Part shown: positions 17,924 to 24,000 of the stretch, in pieces | Numbering within the stretch: position 1 is the first letter of the stretch | How the letters are laid out: each line of letters starts with the position of its first letter | NCBI GenBank assembly: GCA_965213525.1 | Contig: OZ243889.1 | Coordinates: 1,154,860-1,178,859, forward strand | Source of the DNA: Acidimicrobiales bacterium | Lineage (GTDB): Bacteria > Actinomycetota > Acidimicrobiia > Acidimicrobiales > Poriferisodalaceae | Direction of reading: 5' to 3' | DNA length: 24,000 bases | Notes under the pieces: generated by a model | What the model saw: the letters and a program-made list of their open reading frames with translations, nothing else | Told to the model about the DNA's origin: nothing | The model's database searches: none | Position numbers and translations under genes: made by a program

Positions 17924-20491
17924 TCACCAGCTGCTGCCGCCCCCGAAGCCGCCGCCGAACCCGCCGCCGCCGAACCCGCCGAAGCCGCCGCCGAACCCGC
18001 CGCCCCAGCCCGATCCGCCCCAGCCGGACGAGCCGCCCGCGCCGCCGGCGAAGGTCCCCCCGCCAAAGCCCCCGAACCAGTCGGGTTGATCGGACCAGGA
18101 CGGGTCGGAGTACACAGGCTCCCAGCCGTAGGCCTGCTGGTCGCCACCGGTCAGCATCCAGTGGAAGAAGAAGAAGGTGAACGGGTCGAACGTGCCGAGC
18201 CCGGCGGCGATGGGTCGACCGGTCCAGGTGTCGTTGCGATCGCTCGTCCCGTCGTGGGCCAGCTCGGCAGCGAAGCGGTCGGCGTCATCGATCGACGAGC
18301 GGGCCAGGGACTGGCGCTGGGCGGCGTAGGCGAGGGCGAACTCCCGGGGACCCCGGGGATCAGACGCCCCGAAGGCCGCCGCCACGTCGGCGTAGGCGCC
18401 GACGAGCCCGAGCGCTCCGAGGGCGGACCGGGCCTCGGCCCAACGGCGCATCGCCTGGGCCGGCTCCATCGACACGGCCAGCACGCCTGCGATCGTGCGG
18501 GCGACCCCGGGGTCGACGTCGTGGCCGATGAGCTGGTCGTGCAGCTCGCCGAGGACGACGAAGCCGCCCTCACGTCGGCGCAGCAGCGCCACCGCGATCG
18601 ACAGCGGGATGCCCTCGGCCTCGGCCGCCTGCCGCACCCGGGCGATCTCGCCGGGGTCGGTCAGACCGGCGACGGCCTGCTCGGCGCTCTCCCCGGGCGA
18701 GAAGCCCTGACGGCGGTTGTGCTCGTAGACGTCGAGGAACTCGTCGACGTCGTCCTCGTCCCGGTTGAGGATCAACAGTGCGGCCAGCGCGGCCGGGTCG
18801 AGCCCGTCGCGCTGCAGCTCGGCGGACCGCTCGAGACGGATCCGCACCTGCTCGTAGATCTCGACCGATGCACCGGCGTCGAGGTCGACGTCGGCGAGGG
18901 CGGCGGCGACCGCTGGACGGGCGGTGCTCTCGGGCAGCCGTTCGTAGAGGTCACCGAGGCGGCGGGTCTTGTGCTCGGCGAGGTCATAGGACCGCTCGAG
19001 GTGAGCGACCTCCTCGGCGAGCGGGTCGTCGCCGTCCAACACGGGCCCCGCCCGGTGGAAGCGCTCGCCGAGATCGGTCACCAGCACCTCACCGACAGGG
19101 GTGGGCACGAGGTGATCCTCGATGATGCGCCCTGCTCGGCGTCGAGCCTCGGCCACCCGGTGGGGACGGACCGCCGAGACCAGCTCGTCGAGCTCACGAA
19201 GGCGCACGTCGAAGGTGGCGTCGTCATCGAGATCGACCGCCAGGGCCTCAGCGGCCAGCGCCTGGGTCCCGTCGTCGAGGACGTCGCGCTCGCCGGTGGC
19301 GGCGAGCTCGAGCGGCACCTCGGTGCCAGCGCGCAGGCGATCGGCGTCGATGAGCTGCACCAGACCGGCGGCGGCCAGCGACGGCACGATCTCGGGCCCC
19401 TGGACGAGGCGCCGGTCCAACAGCTCATCGAGCGCCGACAGCGCGACCGAGGTGGGCACTGCTGGGCCGCCCTCACCGTCGACGGCCACGGCGTACTCGG
19501 CGGGGCGGGGGATCTCGGCGCCGGTGACCTCGAGCCGGTCGAGCTGCGCGTCGACCAGGGCGGCGCGGCGGCGGTGCTCGGCGTCGTGGCGTTGGCGTCG
19601 GCGGGCGTTGCGGTTCGAGAGCGCCAACGCACCAGCGCCACCGGCGGCGACGAGGCCGAGGACGACGAGCGGCGCCGCCGAGGACCCACCGTCGTCGGTG
19701 CTGGCAGGCGGAGCGGGGTCGGCGACGCCGCCGGCGCCCGGATCGCCGCCCGGATCGGCCGGAGCGAGCTGCTGGCTGATGGCGGCGGCGATGGCGATGA
19801 TGCCGCCGTCGAAGTCACCAGCTCCGAAGAAGTTGTCGCCCGCCGAGGCCAGTCGGTCCCCGTCCGACAGCGTGTCTGCGAGCCCGGGGCCCCACACGAC
19901 GGCCGAACGTCGGCCACCCACATCGACGACGACGACGATGCCGTCGTCGCGGTCGGCGTCACCGACCCCCCAGGCGTCCCCGAGCCGTTCGGCGAAGTCC
20001 TCGGCGCCACCGGGGGCGTCGGACACGGTGACCACCGCCATCTGGCGGCCGTGGGTGGACACCTCACGGGCGACCGCCGCCTCCACCCGGGCTTGGTCGG
20101 CCAACACCCCGGCGCCGTCGGTGACGAAGCCCTCGCAGGTGTCCAGGCTCTCGAACGGGGGGCACGAACCGGCACCCGGCGTCGGGACGGTGTCACCGAC
20201 CCCCGGTCCGTCGACAGCGGACGTGGTGGCGTCGCCGCCAGGGGCCGAGACCGCCGGGGCCTCATCATCGACCACGGCTCCGAGCGGCACAGCCAGCCCC
20301 AACGCGGCCCCACCGGCGGGCACAGCCGGCCCCAACGCGGCCCCACCGGCGGGCACAGCCGGCCCCAACGCGGCCCCACCGGCGGGCGAGGCGGTCGATC
20401 CGAGCACCACGACGGCCGACACGACGGCGAGCACCGGCATCGACAGCCGCCGGCGGGGGGCCATCTGAGAACACCCAGCCGGTCGGTCCAT
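17924..20491 (-). CDS. TPM-domain (TLP18.3/Psb32/MOLO-1 family) membrane protein with a large uncharacterised cytoplasmic domain and a Gly/Phe-rich tail
   Basis: ORF track 17924..20491 (-), 855 aa; ATG 20464 is an alternative start. Signal/anchor MPVLAVVSAVVVLGS. Three copies of PAGGAALGPAV. TPM block FVTDGAGVLADQARVEAAV....GRQMAVVTVSD..GGAEDFAERLGDAWGVGDADRDDGIVVVVDVGGRRSAVVWGPGL...FFGAGDFDGGI. TM helix AAPLVVLGLVAAGGAGALAL followed by RNARRRQRH. About 480 aa follow with no motif I recognise, then FFFFHWMLTGG and the tail GGFGGGFGGFGGGGFGGGFGGGSSW. Confidence 0.75.
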   Translation of the reverse strand: MDRPAGCSQMAPRRRLSMPVLAVVSAVVVLGSTASPAGGAALGPAVPAGGAALGPAVPAGGAALGLAVPLGAVVDDEAPAVSAPGGDATTSAVDGPGVGDTVPTPGAGSCPPFESLDTCEGFVTDGAGVLADQARVEAAVAREVSTHGRQMAVVTVSDAPGGAEDFAERLGDAWGVGDADRDDGIVVVVDVGGRRSAVVWGPGLADTLSDGDRLASAGDNFFGAGDFDGGIIAIAAAISQQLAPADPGGDPGAGGVADPAPPASTDDGGSSAAPLVVLGLVAAGGAGALALSNRNARRRQRHDAEHRRRAALVDAQLDRLEVTGAEIPRPAEYAVAVDGEGGPAVPTSVALSALDELLDRRLVQGPEIVPSLAAAGLVQLIDADRLRAGTEVPLELAATGERDVLDDGTQALAAEALAVDLDDDATFDVRLRELDELVSAVRPHRVAEARRRAGRIIEDHLVPTPVGEVLVTDLGERFHRAGPVLDGDDPLAEEVAHLERSYDLAEHKTRRLGDLYERLPESTARPAVAAALADVDLDAGASVEIYEQVRIRLERSAELQRDGLDPAALAALLILNRDEDDVDEFLDVYEHNRRQGFSPGESAEQAVAGLTDPGEIARVRQAAEAEGIPLSIAVALLRRREGGFVVLGELHDQLIGHDVDPGVARTIAGVLAVSMEPAQAMRRWAEARSALGALGLVGAYADVAAAFGASDPRGPREFALAYAAQRQSLARSSIDDADRFAAELAHDGTSDRNDTWTGRPIAAGLGTFDPFTFFFFHWMLTGGDQQAYGWEPVYSDPSWSDQPDWFGGFGGGTFAGGAGGSSGWGGSGWGGGFGGGFGGFGGGGFGGGFGGGSSW
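20288..20386. repeat. 3 x 33-nt in-frame tandem repeat (PAGGAALGPAV)
   Basis: Units lie at 20288-20320, 20321-20353 and 20354-20386 (CACAGCCGGCCCCAACGCGGCCCCACCGGCGGG). Unit 1 differs by one base. Confidence 0.95.
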
Positions 20492-20518
20492 CCCCTCAGT
20501 CTGGCGTCCCCCGGGCCC

Positions 20519-21730
20519 TCACCGGGGATCCGGCGCGCCAGGGACGAGGCTGGCGGCGATCTCGACCAGACGATCATCAGCGCCTCGAGGTCCCGTGAGG
20601 GCGACGCCGACCGGGCGACCGTCGAGCCCGGCGAGCGGCAGGCTCACCACCGGCAGGCCCAACAGGCTGGCCGGAGCCGTGAAGGCCAGCGTCCTGGCCC
20701 GGCGCGGGTCATCCCCCGGGGCGTTCGGGTCAGGCGGCGGGGCCACCTCGGGCGCGGTCGGGTGGACGATCACCCCGTCGTCGCCGAGCAACTCGGCGAC
20801 CATCTGCTCGAGGCCCTCGCGAACGCCCGCTGCTGCGTCCGCGTCGGCCTGCTGGGCCCGGGACGCACGCTCGAACCGCTGGCGCACCCTGGCCCCCAGG
20901 GCCGGCTCGTGCTCGCTGATCCACCCGCCGTGGGCCGCCCACACCTCGACCAGCTGCAGGGCTCTGAAGACGTCCCGGCAGGCCTCGACACCGTCAGGGC
21001 CGCAGAGCTGCACGTGCTCGACACCGACGCCCAGCCGGGCAGCGACCGCCTCGGTGGCATCCACCGCGGCATCGGCCACGCCGGGATCGGCGAGGGCGAC
21101 GAGGTCATCGGCGATCAGGATCCTTCGAAGCGGCGGTTGCCTCGTGGGCGGCCCGGCGACCGCTCGCCAGGCCGTGCGGAGCGCGGTCCCGTCCCGGGCG
21201 AACGTGCCCACCGTGTCGAAGGACGGGGCGAGCGGGACGAGGCCGCGGGTCGACAGGCGACCGTGGGTCGGGCGGATCCCGACGAGTCCGCAGTACGACG
21301 CCGGCACCCTGATCGAGCCGGCGGTGTCGGTGCCGAGGGCGACGTCGACCAGCGAAGCCGCCACCGCCACCGCCGATCCGCTCGACGAGCCACCCGGCAG
21401 GCGACCGGGGGCGGCGGGGTTGCGGGGGGTGCCGTGGTGCACGTTCTCCCCGTCGAGGCCGAAGGCGAGCTCGTCACAGACGGTCACCCCCACCAGGTCC
21501 ATGCCCGAGGCCAGCAGGGCGTGCACCACCGGAGCGTGCGTGGCGGCCGGGTCGTGGGTGGCCGCCCACGTCGGGTTGCCGGCGCCGGTGACCCGGCCCG
21601 CCACGTCGATGACGTCCTTGACCGCGAACGTCAGACCAGCGGCGGGACCAGCGGGCGCGCCCTGGACCGCCACCTCGGGGCCGACGACGAACGCCCCGAC
21701 GTCGTCCGCCGTGCGCTCGCGCCCGGTCAT
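20519..21730 (-). CDS. Amidase-signature (AS) family amidase
   Basis: ORF track 20519..21730 (-), 403 aa. Motifs: FAVKDVIDVAG (catalytic Lys), GGSSSGSAVAVAASLVDVALGTDTAGSIRVPASYCGLVGIRPTHG (the AS signature with the Ser-cisSer pair). The stop is 27 nt upstream of the start of the TPM gene on the same strand. Confidence 0.9.
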   Translation of the reverse strand: MTGRERTADDVGAFVVGPEVAVQGAPAGPAAGLTFAVKDVIDVAGRVTGAGNPTWAATHDPAATHAPVVHALLASGMDLVGVTVCDELAFGLDGENVHHGTPRNPAAPGRLPGGSSSGSAVAVAASLVDVALGTDTAGSIRVPASYCGLVGIRPTHGRLSTRGLVPLAPSFDTVGTFARDGTALRTAWRAVAGPPTRQPPLRRILIADDLVALADPGVADAAVDATEAVAARLGVGVEHVQLCGPDGVEACRDVFRALQLVEVWAAHGGWISEHEPALGARVRQRFERASRAQQADADAAAGVREGLEQMVAELLGDDGVIVHPTAPEVAPPPDPNAPGDDPRRARTLAFTAPASLLGLPVVSLPLAGLDGRPVGVALTGPRGADDRLVEIAASLVPGAPDPR

Positions 21731-21897
21731 CCGCGCACCGTAGCGACCGCCCGCGACACCGCAGCGCGACGCCGACGGGCGCTGCGCCTCGTGGCGTCCC
21801 AGGCGCCGGCTGTGACCCCGAGCCGTAACGCTGCGGAAAACGCCGGGCCATCGCCGGGTGCGAAGGTGCGCCGCCGTCGCTGACCGGGGGGTCGCTC

Positions 21898-22917
21898 GTG
21901 CTCGTCCACCAGATGCCGTTCCTCGAGGACCACTGGTGCCCGGTCGCCCGGGTCGGCGACGTCGATGACGGGCCCCGCACGGTGACCTTGTTCGGGCGGC
22001 AGTTCACCCTCTGGCGTGGCGCCGACGGCGGCGAGCACTGCCTCACCCAGCACCACTGCCCCCACCGCTCCGCCGAGCTGGGGGCCGGCTGGCTCGACGG
22101 CGGCGAGCTCGTCTGCCCCTACCACGGCTGGCGCTTCGACGTGGCCGGCACCTGCACCCGCATCCCCCAGCTGGACCCCGGCCTGCCCATCCCGTCGCGC
22201 GCCGGGCTGAGCACCTGGCCGGTCGTCGAGCGCTACGGCCTCGTGTGGACCTGTGTCGGTGACCCCGTCAGCGACGGCCCCCCGGCCTGGCCCGAGGCCG
22301 ACGAGGGCGGTTGGCGCGTCGCGGTCGAGTTCTTCGAGGAGTGGGCGGTGGCCGCCCCCCGCATCATCGACAACGTCTTGGACCAGTCCCACCCCGCCTA
22401 CGTCCACCGGGGCACCTTCGGTGACACCAGCCGGGCGCTCGTCCCCCGCTACGACGTCGAACCGACCGCTACCGGGTTCCGGGCGCGCATCGCCGCGGAG
22501 ACGAAGGGCGTCGGGGTGCAGATGGGCGTGAGCGCAGACGAGACCCTCACCTTCGAGCGCCTCACCGAGGTCGAGCTGGTGACGCCCCTGGTCACCCGGG
22601 TCCGGCTGCACAACGGCTCGAGCGGCCCGGACTACTGCTTCTTCGGGCCCATCACCCCCATCGACGACCACCGCTCGATGTACTGCCGCATCACCGCCCT
22701 GGCCGGCAGCGAGCAGGAGCAACCCTTCGAGCCCTTCACCGCCTTCGGGCACCGGGTGAAGGAGGAGGACCGGGTGCTGCTCGAGACGACCCGACCGGAC
22801 CTGCCCCTCGACCTGACGAGCGAGGTCCACCTCCGGGCCGACCGGACGACGCTCGAGTACCGCCGCCACCTCGCCCGGGCCCTCGACGCCCACCTCGCCG
22901 GATCGGCGCTGCGGTGA
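21898..22917 (+). CDS. Rieske [2Fe-2S] non-heme iron oxygenase (VanA/KshA/PaO-like alpha subunit)
   Basis: ORF track 21898..22917 (+), 339 aa, GTG start; ATG 21913 is an alternative. Rieske motif CPHRSAELGAGWLDGGELVCPYHGWRF (CxH-x16-CxxH). Mononuclear-iron block DNVLDQSHPAYVHRGTFG. Confidence 0.85.
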   Translation: MLVHQMPFLEDHWCPVARVGDVDDGPRTVTLFGRQFTLWRGADGGEHCLTQHHCPHRSAELGAGWLDGGELVCPYHGWRFDVAGTCTRIPQLDPGLPIPSRAGLSTWPVVERYGLVWTCVGDPVSDGPPAWPEADEGGWRVAVEFFEEWAVAAPRIIDNVLDQSHPAYVHRGTFGDTSRALVPRYDVEPTATGFRARIAAETKGVGVQMGVSADETLTFERLTEVELVTPLVTRVRLHNGSSGPDYCFFGPITPIDDHRSMYCRITALAGSEQEQPFEPFTAFGHRVKEEDRVLLETTRPDLPLDLTSEVHLRADRTTLEYRRHLARALDAHLAGSALR

Positions 22918-24000
22918 CCCCGGTGACCGTGGCCGACTCGCCTCTGGACGCCGATGCAGGGCTCACCGCCGCTGCTGGCACCGTCGACGGCGGCGATGGG
23001 CGACGCCCGGCCGCGCTGACGATCGAGGGGCTGTCCAAGACCTATGACCCCAAGGTCGGCCCGGTGCTCGACGGCATCGACCTCGAGGTGGGTCGGGGCG
23101 AGTTGGTCGCCCTGCTCGGGCCGTCGGGGTGCGGCAAGTCGACGCTGCTGCGGCTGGTCGCCGGCTTCCTGCACGCCGAGCGGGGCCGCATCACCATCGA
23201 AGGTCGAGACGTCTCGCGGGTGCCCACCCACCGGCGGGACGTGACGATCGTCCACCAGAGCCACGCCCTGTGGCCCCACCTGACCGTCGCCGAGAACGTC
23301 GCCTTCGGGCTCGAGATGCGGAAGGTGCGCCGACCCGAGCGGAGCCGCCGCGTCGAGGAGGTGCTCGACGTCGTCGGCTTGGCCGGCTATGGCCGGCGCA
23401 TCCCCGGCGAGCTCTCCGGCGGCCAGCAACAACGAGTCGCCCTGGCCCGGGCGCTCGTCGTGCACCCCCGCGTGCTGCTGCTCGACGAACCCCTGTCGAG
23501 CCTCGACGCCAACCTGCGGGTGCACCTCCGCGAGGAGATCCGGCGCCTGCAGCGAGACATGGCCCTCACCACGATCCTGGTCACCCACGATCGAGAGGAG
23601 GCGATGGCGGTCTCGGACCGCATCGTCGTGCTCGAGCGGGGCCGCATCGCCCAGATCGGCACGCCCACCGAGATCTACACCGCCCCGGTGAGCTCGTTCG
23701 TCATGGGCTTCACGGGGCCCTCGGTCCAGATGCCGGCCACCGTGTCGTCACGACACGCCGGGCGGGTCATCGTCGACGGGGCCCTCGGTCACCTCGATCT
23801 GCCCGAACCGTCGGACAGCCTCGCCGGGGCCGATCTCACCCCGGGGGCCGCCGTCGTCGTGGCCGTGCGTCCCGAGGAGCTCGTCCTCGACCCCGCCGGC
23901 TCGGGTGCCGGGGTGGACGTCACCCTCGAGGAGCTCGCCTTCTTGGGCACCGAGGTCGAGGCGCGCCTGCGCCTGGCCACCGGCGAGCGGGTCGACGTGC
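22914..24000 (+). CDS. ABC transporter ATP-binding protein (PotA/CysA/MalK-like importer ATPase); 3' end cut by the window edge
   Basis: Absent from the ORF track because it has no stop in the window. Manual translation from GTG 22914 (GTGA overlap with the Rieske stop, 22914-22917) stays open to 23999. Motifs: Walker A GPSGCGKST, Q-loop VHQSHALWPHLTV, signature LSGGQQQRVALARAL, Walker B LLLDEPLSSLD, H-loop LVTHD. A C-terminal regulatory/OB-like region then begins. Confidence 0.9.
   Translation, partial: MTPVTVADSPLDADAGLTAAAGTVDGGDGRRPAALTIEGLSKTYDPKVGPVLDGIDLEVGRGELVALLGPSGCGKSTLLRLVAGFLHAERGRITIEGRDVSRVPTHRRDVTIVHQSHALWPHLTVAENVAFGLEMRKVRRPERSRRVEEVLDVVGLAGYGRRIPGELSGGQQQRVALARALVVHPRVLLLDEPLSSLDANLRVHLREEIRRLQRDMALTTILVTHDREEAMAVSDRIVVLERGRIAQIGTPTEIYTAPVSSFVMGFTGPSVQMPATVSSRHAGRVIVDGALGHLDLPEPSDSLAGADLTPGAAVVVAVRPEELVLDPAGSGAGVDVTLEELAFLGTEVEARLRLATGERVDV

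Noticed and set aside
21760-21786. A perfect 8-bp inverted repeat, CGCAGCGC-n11-GCGCTGCG, in the amidase/Rieske divergent region, considered as an operator.
   Set aside because: An 8-bp GC-only inverted repeat is expected fairly often by chance at this GC content. No regulator gene is adjacent, so it is too weak to call.
18086-21883. A 1265-aa plus-strand ORF spanning the TPM and amidase loci. Similar giant ORFs occur at 1141..3132 (+), 3683..5368 (+), 16194..17660 (-), 21727..22893 (-) and 22632..23588 (-).
   Set aside because: They are Arg/Gly/Pro/His-rich low-complexity translations with no motifs. Each lies antisense to, or out of frame with, an ORF that has clear family signatures. These are classic shadow ORFs of about 70% GC DNA.

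Overview
This is a high-GC (about 70%), densely coding segment that looks like an actinobacterial chromosome; a guess at Acidimicrobiia-like lineage is inference only. I support 18 intact or partial protein genes plus one disrupted P450 gene. I saw no rRNA, tRNA, CRISPR array, transposase or integrase.

Gene order, left to right:
(1) A translationally coupled minus-strand operon: amidohydrolase, then a ferritin-like diiron protein, then a divergent adenine-deaminase-fold protein, then a DszC/SfnB-like ACAD-fold flavoenzyme that runs off the left edge.
(2) An arsenic cluster: an arsI/cadI-type lyase divergent from arsR-arsC-aquaglyceroporin.
(3) On the same strand, after a 208-nt spacer carrying three 20-nt Shine-Dalgarno-like direct repeats, a clear heliorhodopsin gene followed by a DapB-like NAD(P) oxidoreductase.
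(4) A natural fusion of a Baeyer-Villiger monooxygenase and a family IV esterase, then a DUF3140 protein and a PGPGW membrane protein.
(5) A cytochrome P450 gene broken by a perfect 199-bp tandem duplication with a 200-bp period, which shifts the frame.
(6) A 918-aa secreted BNR/Asp-box protein, an 855-aa TPM-domain membrane protein, and an amidase.
(7) A Rieske oxygenase translationally coupled to an ABC ATPase that runs off the right edge.

Short tandem repeats are unusually frequent, both in frame (15-nt and 33-nt units) and intergenic. Most long Arg/Pro/Gly-rich ORFs in the six-frame track are high-GC shadow frames and were rejected. All functional calls rest on motifs I recognised by eye, and no database search was run.
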